Part shown: positions 1-12,534 of the stretch, in pieces
How positions within the stretch are numbered: position 1 is the stretch's first letter
Layout of the letters: each line of letters starts with the position of its first letter
Translations under genes and position numbers: made by a program
The notes under the pieces: model-generated
Told to the model about the DNA's origin: nothing
Databases searched by the model: none
Seen by the model: only the letters and a program-made list of their open reading frames with translations
Assembly (NCBI RefSeq): GCF_009914755.1
Contig: NC_060928.1
Strand: one strand, 5' to 3'
Source of the DNA: the human T2T-CHM13v2.0 reference genome, Homo sapiens
DNA length: 64,000 nt

Positions 1-872
1 TATTTAGTCTAAGTTAAACTTAGCAAAAGCTCCAAAACTATACATGCCTATTTCATATAGTTTCCATTATTCTAGATTTAAAAATCATTTTAATTACCTA
101 TTTTCTTTATAATAAAATGTTTTAAAGTGTTTTGAAAGTGCTTAGGTCATTAAATCATACATGAATAAATTATTTAAAATTCCATAGTGGTGTATTTGCT
201 TAGAGGTAATCATACCAATATTTTATTTCAATATTTTCCACCTCAAACTTTAAGACAATTTGTGGTAAGTATATTGAAATACGTTTATTCAGAATTCTGA
301 TGTTGAAAGAGTTTTTATTTTGTTTCTTGATTCCAAGAGATACCATTCCATTAGGATTCTACTTTGCTTTCATTGGTTTTCCTATAGTAAAGGAAGAACA
401 TCTTTTTTAAAAAAATTCTGTATGATGATATAGATTTTTAAACTACCTAAATTAACCTATATATAAGACTAGTGTATAATTTTTTTCATTAAATTTTTTA
501 GACTACACACGTTTTTGCTTTCATTTTTAACCTGTATCTTTTAAAGCTTGAGAGATACCTCTCTTTTCTTTGCCATATTATTAAAATGATTTCATTTTGC
601 CTATAAAACTTAGTGGAATTGAGTGTTTGTAGTTAAGATTTGTTGTAGTGTCTCAATATATACAACTCTTCTAAAGATTTCGGAAAGCTTAGTGCTGGGC
701 CTAATTTAGAGAAAAGTATCAAGCAAAAATATGGGGGAGGTGAAATTTGCCCTATGACGATAGCACTGACAATCAAAGAGAAAGTAATTATATAGAGGAG
801 CTTCACTTATGAAGACAGAGGGCAAATGACCGTAAGTTTTAGGAAGAAATAAAAGGGATCTTAGAATGATGA

Positions 873-1236
873 CTATATCTGGTAGGGCCACCATAACAAA
901 ATACTATCTGCTGGGTGGCTTAAATAAAAGACATTTATTTTCTCTCAGTTCTGGAGGCTAGAAGTCAAAGATTGAGGTGCTCACCGGATGCTTTCTAGCA
1001 AGGCCTCTTCCTGGATTGTAGATGGCCACCTTCTCCCTGTGCCCTTAAGTGGGGGTTGGTAGGGAAGAAAGAGACATCTACTACCCCTTCTTTTTATAAG
1101 GTCACCAGTCCTATTGCATTAGGGCATCACTCTTATGGCCTGATTTATCCTTAATTACCTCCCTAAAGACCCTATTTCTGAATACAGTCACACTGGGGTT
1201 GAGGACTTCAAGATATGAATTTTAGGGAGACAACAA
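873..1236 (-). mobile_element. MaLR solo LTR, MLT1A/B-like
   Basis: Antisense MLT1 hallmarks: 'ccataacaaaatact..ctgggtggcttaaa', 'cagttctggaggctagaagtc', 'atatgaattttagggagaca'. Confidence 0.8.
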
Positions 1237-1417
1237 ATGGGAAGAGGAGGGAAGAGAATAAACATAACCTGAGGCTGTTGTCTTGAGTTTCACGCCACCT
1301 TTGTGTTGTCAGACTCAGACTTCGAGTCCTAGCACAGAAGACTACAGGGAGCCAAAGAATCCAATGTGGAATAAATTGAAAACAGTTAAATGGTGCTATT
1401 TTTTAAAAGTAGAAACA

Positions 1418-1696
1418 GCAAAGTATCACAAGGACAAAAAACCAAACACCACATGTTCTCACTCATAGTTGAGAATTGAACAATGAGAACACATGGACGC
1501 AGAAAGGGGAACATCACACACTGGGGCCTGTTGTGGGGTGGCGGGGGAGGGGGGAGGGATAGCATTAGGAGATATACCTACTGCTAAATGACGAGTTAAT
1601 GGGTGCAGCACGCCAACATGGCACATGTATACATATGTAACAAAGCTGCACGTTGTGCACATGTACCCTAGAACTTAAAGTATAATAAAAAAAAAA
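1418..1696 (+). mobile_element. 5'-truncated L1PA (L1PA4/5-like) 3' UTR with poly(A) and TSD
   Basis: L1PA 3' end ('catgttctcactcata', G-rich tract, 'accctagaacttaaagtataataaaa'); TSD aaaagtagaaaca at 1405-1417 and 1693-1705. Confidence 0.95.
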
Positions 1697-2811
1697 GTAG
1701 AAACAAAGGGAAATTGGCTTAATGAGGTTCACTGAACAATACACATCTTCAGTAAAAATGCAGTACCTCAATTTTAAAATAAATCTGATTGACATGTTTG
1801 CATTCATACTCACTATCACAAAGAATATTTGTAATCAAAATGAAAATGCAAGTAGAAATGATGTATTCAAAATTTGAGACTCAAAACTTGGGAAGAGCAA
1901 ATCATGCTTATGGAACCCCTTGTTAGACTTAGTTTGTTTCTCCTTTTTCAAGATAGCACCATTTTAACTGTTTCCAGTTTCTTCAATGTTGGATTCATTG
2001 GCACAATTTTCATTAGGATGATTTATTTTTGTGAAAAATTTAAATATTTGTTGATTGTTTCTTCAGAGCATACTAATTTTTAAAAAATACGGCCATTGTT
2101 AAGTTTCTTTGGTGCCATTATTTCAATCAAATATAGATTCATGGGTTAAAATGTTCCAAGCCAAATTATTTCTTAGTTTGATCTTCTCATTAATTTTTAG
2201 TCAATAGAAACTGTAATGTGTGCAAGCAATTTCACCCATTCTTAGTTTTACTATTGATATTATTTGTACCAAATCTAGTTTTTTTCCCAAGTCTTAAATT
2301 TGTAGATTGCAATGTTACCCAAAAGAATGACAACCACATAAAATTTTTCATAATTAAAACAAATGAGAATATGTGGCTGTTTTACTGTTTATGGGCAAGC
2401 TAAATTGGCAAAATTTCAGAAGGCAATTTGGCTTCATCTATTTAAAGTAAAAAGCGAAAATAAACACCAGCAATGTGATTTCTAGGAATCTCTGTATAGT
2501 TCTGATACATAAGTTGGTAAAAATGTACAGGCACTATTATCTTTAATAGCATAAATGCAGAAATAAATTAGTATCTATCAGGCTAAGAAGGGAAAAATCA
2601 ATTGGTCCATTTATCTCCTCTATGCTGGTTAAGGAAAGTAAAGGACTCGAGTTTTTCAAAACAGCTTTTGTTCACTGAAAAGCATATCTCTGATACTACA
2701 TTGCTATGACACAGGAATTTATGGGTGTCATGTTCACCACAGCAGCAACAAATATTTGTTTAATATTTAGTATGCCCATTTATTTATATGTATTTTCTCA
2801 TGAGATCATCA

Positions 2812-3022
2812 TCATAATGGCAACTGACACATATGACACCTAGATGCCAGACAGTCTTCAAAGCACTTTGCATCTACTGATTCATTTAATTAGCTCCATA
2901 AAGAAACTGAAGCATGGAGATATTAGTTTAATTATCTAAGGTCATATAATTGGTAAATGGATTTAAACACAGGCAGTCTCTGAGTATAGACATATGCTCT
3001 CAACTACTTTGCTATGCTGCCT
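2812..3022 (-). mobile_element. MIR fragment
   Basis: 'aaagaaactgaagcatggaga', 'aaggtcata', 'ggatttaaacacaggcagtct' resemble the antisense MIR core. Confidence 0.6.
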
Positions 3023-4199
3023 TAAAAACATGTCACACACCACAAGCATTACAACAGTCTAGTAATCAAAGAAAACAAAGAGTAACCTCAATCTTCAAAG
3101 ACTGACTGAACTCATTGGGAATAGGAAGTGCTGGATATCACCCTTGTGATGTACTGAAATGTGGCAGAGGGAATACAAGTGCCCAAACCCTTGTGACTGG
3201 TAGATTTTCATGTATCTTGATTAGTGTAGCCTGAAGACAAAGGCTATACAGATATGCCATTAGTTTCATGTGAGTGGAATGTAAAGGTAAATTACAAAGT
3301 AGATTTACATTGTATCATTTTGTGACATTTTCTAATGATTAATAACTATTTCTTGTGATCTATTCTTCTATTGCAATTTTAGATATTTTTTAATAATGAA
3401 AAGAAAGATAATTGCATATAAACAAGAATCTTAATGCTAAATTATGGAAGTACAGCATCTCAGTATACGTAATATGGTAAAAATGAAAAACAGGAAGGAG
3501 CATGACCTATATTTATTCAGTGTTGTATACCTAGCACCTAGCACAGTGTTGAGAGAATGAAATAGCTGAAATCAAGGACAGTTCATTGGGAAATGAGGTA
3601 TAAGACCCATATATTGAAGAAAGCAAGCTTTCTGGTCATCAAAAAGATTTTAGTGATACTAATTCCAAATGAAAGTAGATAGATTTATCAGTGTCACCCC
3701 TGGCATATAGATTCTGGGTAAGAAACCAAAATTATTCTTAAGCTCATTGATCATAAGTTCAAAAAAAGTCCATCAAAGAAGAATTATTCAGAATTGATGG
3801 ATTAGGACTCTAATGTTCATTTATTTTTTCATATAGTTCCACTTTTGTTTTAAAGTCATTTAAAAACTATATCCAGTAATAAACCTGAAAGTATTTATTA
3901 ATCTGCATGCCATAAATCCCTGGAGGTCTATGAGAAAACTACAAAAATGAAATTTTTTATCACGTTGAAAAATTTACATTTAACTATCAAACATTTAGAT
4001 AAAAATTTGCTAACATGGACTTAGTTTCCACTTCACAAGAACAAAATATAAAAGAATAACGCATATTTTATCCTTACATATTGACATAATTTTACTCTCA
4101 GTAGCATGCAAAGGTATTCATAAAAATAAAGGAAAGGTTTTTGCTTTTTTATAGACTGCAATTTATGATTTACAACAATTTTAAATACATTAGAAATTA

Positions 4200-4435
4200 G
4201 GCCAGGCATGGTGGCTCACGCCTGTAATCCCAGCACTTTGGGAGGCCGAGGCAGGCAGATCATGAGGTCAGGAGATTGAGACCATCCTGGCTAACATGGT
4301 GAAACCCCGTCTCTACTAAAAATACAAAAATCAGCTGGGTATGGTGGCGAGCGCCTGTAATCCCAGCTACTCGGGAGGCTGAGGCAGGAAAATCGCTTGA
4401 ATCAGGGAGGCAGAGAGATTGCAGTGAGCCCAGAT
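4200..4435 (+). mobile_element. AluS (Sc-like), 3'-truncated, no A tail
   Basis: Alu consensus from ggccaggcatggtggctcacgcc to 'gcagtgagcccagat', then an abrupt switch to unique DNA. Confidence 0.95.
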
Positions 4436-7400
4436 TCTCCTATAGGTGATTTGGCTCAGCTTTGATACTCTGCTTCTTACCATCAGTGGACTATTAATGT
4501 GTGTTTGGGAAGGCGCTTTAGCCTTTGGGATGTGGAGGAACAGTGAGCACTCTGAGCTTTCCTTCCCCATCCTCACCTTATCCCACGTACACAGTGACGG
4601 CTCTGTGGAAAAGATTTGGTGAGTGGACACAGATTTTATTTCTATTTGGGGTTCCAATTCATCATAGAAAATCCCACATGCAACCACGAAGCATCCATTA
4701 AAATTATGTCTGGATATTTCCTATCCAAATCTATGGCAGATCTGTTCTTTCTCTCACCACCCCTCAATGGCTGAGTCCAGCCATATGCCTTGTTTATTTC
4801 TGGATTTCAATTTATGTAGTTTCTTAACATCAACAATCTCTCATGATTTAAAAGTTATGGTTTTATTGCTTTGGCAGAATATTCTTGATATAAAGTGATG
4901 ATATTTTGGGAGTGTCTACCTTTTAACTAAAAGCAAAAATACTTGTTGGTAAAATTTTCATTTTCTCTTTAATGAATTCTCAGAGCAGTTTTGAAAAATT
5001 TTCTTGCTATTAAAATTGGAAATAATTTTAATTATTCTATATACAAAATGATATGCTAGTATGTGTATGCTAGTAGCTGAAAATACAGCAATAAGTCACT
5101 TGCTTTTCTTTTCAAAATGACTTTATATATTGTTAAATATGGTGACTTTAATGTCACCTTTTTTAGCGTTTACCCATTTTGCTTTGTGGCACCCATTTAT
5201 GTATTAAACAGCTACAATGTGCTAAATAGTAGTTGTTAATTTTGCACACTTAATTAGTTTTGAATCTTTAAATCACATTATAGGTATGGACTAACATTTG
5301 CGGAAGTTGCTACCAGATGGCAATGCTAACTGGAAAACATCCGTAGTAGCTAATTATGGCTCTTCAATACCATGGGGTAAAAAATCATTATAGCTCCAAG
5401 AAAATAAACACCTTTTAAAAATACAACAAATCATTAATAAATTGCCTTTCATTAGAGGAATGTGAACTTGAAAATACCAGATAAACAAGAATTAAAATAT
5501 ATTTATTTGTACATTATCCTGATTATAAAATTATTTAGGGGAACAGAAAAAAATACATGTGAATGATTAAGAGGAATAAATTAATTACAGAAGAAGTCAG
5601 AGAAAAGTAAATTAGACGTTCAGGAGGTTAAATCACAAAAGATGTGAAATGAGTTACTATGGTCTTTTTACATGATGAGAAATAATTTTAACTCTGAGCT
5701 TCCTGGTTTTTCAGCTGTGTTGGCATGGTTTATACCTGTAGTTAGAGTGGTAGAACTAACACACTGCAGATTAGGTAATAATAGGGAAATTATTTTAATT
5801 GCTGGTGATTTGATTGTTTCTCATAATATGTGATTCTTAAAATTTTCACTTCAAGCCACTGAGTCTTTTGCTTTATCTTGCATTAAGTTCCAGACAACTG
5901 TTGTTTGATCAATGACTCATTGATTAGAGTATTGTCTGAGACAAGCTGCATTAATTCTTTAAACACTGGCAACTCCCTAGAGTAGAAAGTCATTGGAGTG
6001 TCAACTTTTTGACCTCAGGCCTCAACAGCCAAGGGTTGCCTATCCACAGGAGATGTATCACATGAGTTCTTGAAACAGACCATAAGCTGTGTTCTTTCCT
6101 GCAGTCTTTCCACCCTCCTGATGCTTCCATTACATCTGCTTGAAGGCATCTAACCACTCTCAATGACATAGGATTAACATGAGAATACCAATTATCACAA
6201 AAGGATGGTATCTCCATGCTCTCCCAAAATTTGAAGTGATTAATCTGTCTGCAGTTGGCCCACAGGTGGAAAAAAATGCCATCTGTCTATATTCTACCAT
6301 ACACTCTGTCACCTCAGAGACTCAAGATGTCTCCTCCCACCCCTTTGTGGTTTCACCCAAAGTCCTTCATCCTCTCCTTGCAGCCCTCTTCCCTGGGTTT
6401 CAAACTTGAGAACATAGAGTTTTCACATTTTTCATCCTCTATGTCCACTCTTCACCTACACATATCCAGAATTTTCACAAAAATATCCTCTTCCACCCCA
6501 AACCTAAACATATCTTACAAACCAATTGATACAAATTAATTTATCAAACCTTTCAACTCTTCTAGGTAATCAGAAACATCTTGACAGTAAAATTTCCTCT
6601 AAAATAACCTGGGATAGTATGCTTGCCCTAATTCTGAAAGTTCAAATGTCAACTTTCCTTGTGGATTCTTGAAATTGTTCTTAAAAATATTTCTTCCAAC
6701 CTAGTATAGAACTTATCACACTCTCCCTTTCATTTGGAATTTACACTTTCAGATCAATCTGATTACTGCTCTTATGCCAACAACTCCTGTTGTTCTATCA
6801 GTGAGGATTTACTTCTAAGGTTGATTCTCAATACATTTTGAGTTCAGTTGACTCGGCTACACAACTCTTAAAACTACACTGCTTTTCTGTTATCAGAAAG
6901 AGCTCTTGTACTCAATTCCTGTTTTAAGCAACATTCCTTTGTGACTGATTCAAAATAGCTTATGCTATCTTGTGATCCAAAAAGCAATGATTGTAAACCA
7001 ATATATAAAGACAGATTTCCCTATAAGTACATTGTGCTAACCTAGTTACCTTCATGTTTACAGGCTGAACATAAGGCCTGACATATACACCTGGAAAAGC
7101 ATAATCTGTTTCCTATTTGTCATTATGTGTCATTCTCAAACACAACATGCAAATACATAGCATTCCTGGGAGCTAATGGAAGTGAGTTCACGAGGGGGTT
7201 TCTTGTATTATTTCTATACTTTAAGAAAAGTTAAGACTATCATTGCTTTTTGTTGGGAGAAGTCTGTACAAGAAATCACTATTCTTTATTTTATCTCTTG
7301 ACAACCTTAAGACCTTGATAGCAAATCATACTTTTTCAAGTTTTATTATGGCAAAATCAGCTTTGTTTCTTTTTCCTTCAAAATTTTAAGACGATAAAAT

Positions 7401-7972
7401 GAGTGTAGTGCTATTTAGGCAGTGAAGAAAGAAACATTATGTTGAGCTGTACCCTAAAGACATTTCTTTTGTATTATAATGCTTTCTATCCACAGATGTT
7501 AGTTGAAAATTGATATAATAGTGTTTCTTGTAAGTCTACCAGAAACAAAACAAAACAAAAAACATTTAAAAAGTAGATTAGATATAATTGTATGTGACAA
7601 ATGAGCCTGGTAGAACTGTACTAAAAACCCATAGGGAATAATTATCTATCAGTGGCACCTGCAGAGGAATTATAAGCAGCTGCAGAATTTGATTTTTGAA
7701 CAAGAAAATAGAGAAAATTACTGCAAGATTGGTATTAAACATTGAGAAGCTAGACAACAGAATAAAATATAGAACGAGAAGAGGAAGTTTTAAAAAGGAT
7801 TTTAATCCAGAGATAAAGTGTAACACGATTAGAAATTTTTAAAAATTATTATGGAAAAATGTACAGGGACAATTAGTGGGGAGTTATGAAAAGCATTCAG
7901 ATTGAATTTCACACCAAACATGTGATTCATATTTAGGAATATGTAAGTGTCTAAATTTAGAAAATGGTTTGT

Positions 7973-8100
7973 TAGGCAGCAGGGTGTAATAAAAAGCATA
8001 TGAGCTCTGCAGACATAGATGTCTCCATTCTCAGCTGTGTCTTCTACAAGATGTATGGCTTTTGAAAGTTACTGATATATCTGATTATTTGTTTACCCAG
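7973..8100 (+). mobile_element. MIR fragment
   Basis: 'aggcagcagggtgtaataaaaagcatatgagctctgcagac' resembles the MIR 5' end; highly diverged. Confidence 0.45.
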
Positions 8101-8240
8101 TCCTGTGAACAAATGAATTTGCATTTGTTTTATGCCTTGTAGACCTTGATGCATAGTAGGTATCTAGAGCAAGTGATTTTCCATTTCCCCCTTTTTATTA
8201 TTTTGGTAATTTCACAAAGCTTCATCAAGTGTGTGTGTGT

Positions 8241-9096
8241 ATTCAATTCTCATTATTCATAGTACTTAGGTCCTATAAAATTGGCATGAAAATGAATTAC
8301 GGAATACTAAACTGTTGCACCTATGGGAAATGTAGAGCTAGGTTCCTGTAAGCCTCTGGTCACATTTTCATCAACTGATCAACCCAACCTTGCTTTATAA
8401 TTGTTTCTGTTTAGGCACCTTATTAATATATTATCAAGTCATTAACATTGAATCCACAGCCAGCAGCCCTGTTACTCTTGCCCAAATAAAGCTGTTTAAT
8501 ACCTGTATTTTCTCTGTAAGGTGTATCACAGCCTTCTTGTATTTAGGAACACCAGACAGCATTTCAACACCATACTTGGGGGCCATTGTAAAAGACAAAT
8601 CACCAATAAAAAGCACAAAAATGAGAAAAATGTGGCCCCAAGTGTGGTATGGTAAATGCACTTGCTTATAGCATGAGAGCTGAAACAAGAGGCAGAAAGC
8701 AGCCTTGTCTGTCCTCAGCTGGGGACATGCTCACTGGGTGACTCACATTTTCACAGCTTAGTCGATGCACTGGTCTGAATGTTTGTGTCCCCACCTTTCC
8801 CAAATTTACCTCTTCGACCAGGTGAGGATACAACAAGAAGGCAGGCCCGCACTGGATCCTAAGTCTGCTGGTACCTTGAGCTTAACCATAACAGCATCCA
8901 GAACTGCGAAAGAAAAGAAATTCTGCTTACAAGCTATCCAGTTTATGGTATTTTGTTATAGAAGCCTGAGTGGACTAAGACACACGCTTCCTCAAATGAC
9001 TGTAAAATTGCTGCAAGTATTAATTTTGGAGTTACAAATCAATTTAAGCAAGTAGGCAAATCCACACATATGATCTGTGAATAATGAGACTAGTGG
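8241..9096 (+). mobile_element. MER82 (TcMar-Tigger) DNA transposon, split by an MLT1A LTR
   Basis: Matches recalled MER82 ('aggttcctgtaagcctctggtcac', 'cttgggggccatt', 'gagagctgaaacaaga', 'ttacaaatcaatttaagcaagtaggc'); ends 'ttctcattattca' and 'tgaataatgaga' are inverted. Confidence 0.85.
8766..8982 (+). mobile_element. Internally deleted MLT1A0-like MaLR LTR nested in MER82
   Basis: Starts 'tgcactggtctgaatgtttgtgtcccc', ends 'tatggtattttgttatagaagcctgagtggactaagaca'. Confidence 0.8.
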
Positions 9097-9655
9097 TAAA
9101 GACTTGAACTATATTAATGAATAGGACATAGTCTCTGTTTTCAATAAATTTATTCATATACCATATTTTTCTAAATTTATTCATATACTATATATGTTTT
9201 TCTCAAATGAGAAAACCATAGAGAAAAAAAGGAAAGCATTTAGTACTCCAGTTTTCATATATATATACACACACACACTAACATATATGTATATATTCAT
9301 TCATTCATACTGTTGTTGAAGGCCTCCAAGCTGAACATGGCCTCAGTCTCATCAGAACACAGACACCCTATAGCACGTAGCCCCTCAAATACATGGTGAC
9401 TATCATTTTAATTGAGAATAATGGTGGGAACTTTCAGAAATGTTCTGAAATTAGTCTAACGAATATGAGAGTAATTTAAGGAAGTTTTAATACTGCCAGT
9501 TGCAGTAAAAATAATTGAAAATTAAATTACATCCACAGGAAAATATGGAATACCTATTGAGACATCAACATTGGGAAAATTAGCATGCTGAAACAGAGCC
9601 AAAAAGAATAAACTATTTTCTCTCTGTAGGAATTGAAAACCCTCTGGTATTGGAC

Positions 9656-9902
9656 TGTATGCTGATGAGTCTAAGTTGGAATACTTCTGGTGTAACCACA
9701 TCCCGGGGGACCATTATGGGATACACTGTTGTTCTGACCCACCATATGCCACTCTTCTTGCCTGAGTCATTCTCTAGTATTTTTCTACAATGGAAGCATC
9801 TAGAATAATTTGATTGCTAAGGGAATTAACCTGCTCAGTGGTTCTTTACCTAAGCAACCTCTATAGAGCAGTGTCTTAGTAAGGTGGGTTAAAGATTGAC
9901 AG
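9656..9902. repeat. Left arm (A) of a long imperfect inverted repeat
   Basis: Aligns by eye to the reverse complement of 10610-10868; perfect blocks of 30 nt (9839-9868 / 10647-10676) and 23 nt (9685-9707 / 10819-10841). Confidence 0.95.
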
Positions 9903-9959
9903 GTCCACTGCTGAGGGTCACTATACTTACAAGAAGAAGAGAAACAAAGTTCCAGCATC

Positions 9960-10215
9960 CCCTTGCTACCTCCCTCAGTCTGCCTAAATTCCTTCATCAG
10001 TGCTATAATGGAACTCTTATATACCTCCTCTGTTGCAATTTTTATTTTTTTCTCCCTCTATACTGTACGTCACTGTCTATTGTCCACTTGCCTACTTTCC
10101 CATATATAAATAAATTCCTTGAAAACAGGGATGATGTTTTATTCATTTATGTAGTTTAAGTCTTTAGCACTGTGTTCAATATATTGAAAGTTCTCAAAGA
10201 CTTTTGTTAAATGAA
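9960..10215 (+). mobile_element. L2 3' end fragment in the inverted-repeat spacer
   Basis: 'taaattccttgaaaacagggatgatgttttattcattt..tagcactgtg..ttgttaaatgaa' resembles the L2 3' terminus. Confidence 0.6.
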
Positions 10216-10609
10216 GGACGGCGGAGATCTAAAAAGAATCAGAGATAGGGCCAGAGACGAAAAGATATGAAACCTTCCGTAATAATAGTCTGAGAGAAGC
10301 CCATGGCTGTCACACAGAGAGGAGAAAGAGAGCATCTGTTTCCATCGCTGTTGTAAAGTTGGCCTGCCCTCCTTTCCATCTCCTCTTCAATGATACCATC
10401 TTGACATCAATTTTTATTCAGAATAAGCATTACCTCTGCATCATTAGACTTACATGAAATTTGGTTTCTGAAATATCTGTTTTTATTCCCTTTCCTTGAT
10501 AGAGAGGATGAAGGCTAAGGGTGATGAAGTTTACTATACTCACCTGCTGATCATTATCACTAGTTTTACTCAAATCCAATAAGCCAAAATGGATACTTTT
10601 CTTAACCAG

Positions 10610-10868
10610 CTGTCAGTCTTTAAGATTGCCTCTGTAAGAGGCAACACTCTATAGAGGTTGCTTAGGTAAAGAACCATTGAATAGGTTAAGTCTTTTAGCA
10701 ATCAAATCATTCTAGATGATTCCATTGTAGAAAAATATCAGAGACTGACTCAGGCAAGATCATTTCAAGATGAGTGGCATATGACGGTTCAGGAGAACAG
10801 CGTATCCCGTAATGGTCTCCCGGGATGTGGTTACACCAGAAATATTTTAACATCCTCATCAGCATACA
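10610..10868. repeat. Right arm (B) of the long imperfect inverted repeat
   Basis: Reverse complement of 9656-9902 with scattered substitutions and an ~10-nt indel near 10760-10772. Confidence 0.95.
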
Positions 10869-12059
10869 ACCGAATAACCGAATACATTGGCACATAGGCT
10901 TCTCTTTTTCTAAAAGATGAAGACAAGCTTCTTCCTTTCTTTTATGAAGAGGGGATTCCTATTTCTATGAAGACCTGGTATATTGGACAAAAGAAATGTT
11001 TGCTCATATTTATTTTATAGAAAACACACTACAGCTTCTCTTTTTATACTGTACAAAATTTAGTCAAAAGTTTTATTGAGATGTTGAAAATGCTTAACAT
11101 AAAAATTTATGTAAAGAACTTGTTTTTCATTAACATCAATCCACTGTAAACAGTGAATAAATTATCTCATCTAAACAAAAGGAAATAATTGAAAATATAT
11201 GATTATGTAACTGCTCATGGTTCAGATGAAATTGCCTGATGAAAGTCAACTATTAGAGTGGCTTAAACATTTCGTCATAAGGATAAAATGGACACATCTG
11301 ATTTATGCTACTGTTCATAACAAATACATTATATTTCCAACTACGTGTTTTACATGATTTTCAAACTATATTTGTGGATAAATTTTGTGTCACTTGGTAA
11401 AAACAATTATACTGTCTTAAGTTTCTTCTTATTGGAAATGGAAGGAACTTTTTTTAATATCTGAGAAAGAAGAGACAAGATAAAAGAAAAGAGAGAAAAC
11501 AACCGGGGGGAAAAAAAAGCAGAGAAGGTAAGTGACTAGGATGCTTGATAGCCAGTGGTGGTGAGAACTCTCAGCTGGTTATGAAGCTGAAAGGACTTTT
11601 AGAAACAGAAACTGTAACTTTACATTGTTCACTCTCCAGTGTAGGATAGTACTATTCACCTGGACACCAACTGCTTTTCTGCTGGATTCTGTGAACGAAG
11701 TGTGTGAATGGATTCCTGTATGCATTTAGTTTAGCACTAAAACAAGACAAATTTGGAAAGTTTCTGAACTGATCATTAAGGAGTTAAACACCTTAAATTT
11801 TAACCAGCATATTCAATCTCAATATTAATAAAAAAAAGATTTAGATCACAGTAAATTACAAAGTGTGACTTAAGTTGACAGTTAAATGGCTAGTGTCATT
11901 CCTTCACAATTTCTAGTTTATCCAAATGTGTACATATATATCATACACATACGCTTTCACATAAACACACACACACATATTTTTGAAGTTATAAATTTCC
12001 TACTAAACTCTTCTTTAGATGTCTTTTAGAAAATTTTGTTATTTTATTTGTTCCGTTAA

Positions 12060-12330
12060 AATATTTTACAATTTCTCTAATGATTTTTGACTCATATTCC
12101 ATATGAAGTGTGTTTAATTTCTCTCATATTTGAGGATTTCCCAAATTACTCTGTGTTACTGACTGCTAATTTAATTTTCTTGTATTGTTTCATTTCTTTT
12201 TCATTTTTTCACTCATATTATGGCGCAGAAGATGACTAATGTGAAGGTTTGTGTGCTTTTGAAAAAAAAAGTGTATTCCGTTGTGCTGGGTGTAACGTTC
12301 TGTAATTATCAATTAGGTGAAATTGGTTAA
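12060..12330 (-). mobile_element. Old L1M ORF2 fragment
   Basis: 'gtgcttttgaaaaaaaaagtgtattccgttgtgctgggtgtaacgttctgtaattatcaattagg' resembles antisense L1M endonuclease-region sequence. Confidence 0.55.
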
Positions 12331-12534
12331 GAGGGGCCAGCCGTGGAACTTGGGCTGGGTGGGGGTGGGATTGAAAAGGAGCATAAGGAAACTTTATGAG
12401 CTAAAAAAATGCTCTATATCTTGAGGGTTGTGTATTTTATCATAGTTAATTATATTTCAGTACAGGGGTTTAAAACAAAACCCAAATCACCCTCCAGCTA
12501 AAGCTTCAGTTTTTGGTAATTCTTAACACGAAAC

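Noticed and set aside
9650-9765. Arm A translation 'GLYADESKLE' resembling an RT YADD motif, and 'YFWCNHIPGDHYGI' shared with ORF 10707-10895
   Set aside because: Short frames closed by stops; the two arms differ by frameshifting indels; the shared peptide follows from DNA identity and no other RT motifs are present.
11525-11533. Perfect + strand donor AAG|gtaagt, and a minus-strand donor TGG|gtaagt at 38630-38638
   Set aside because: No convincing paired acceptor or frame; isolated consensus donors are expected by chance in 64 kb.
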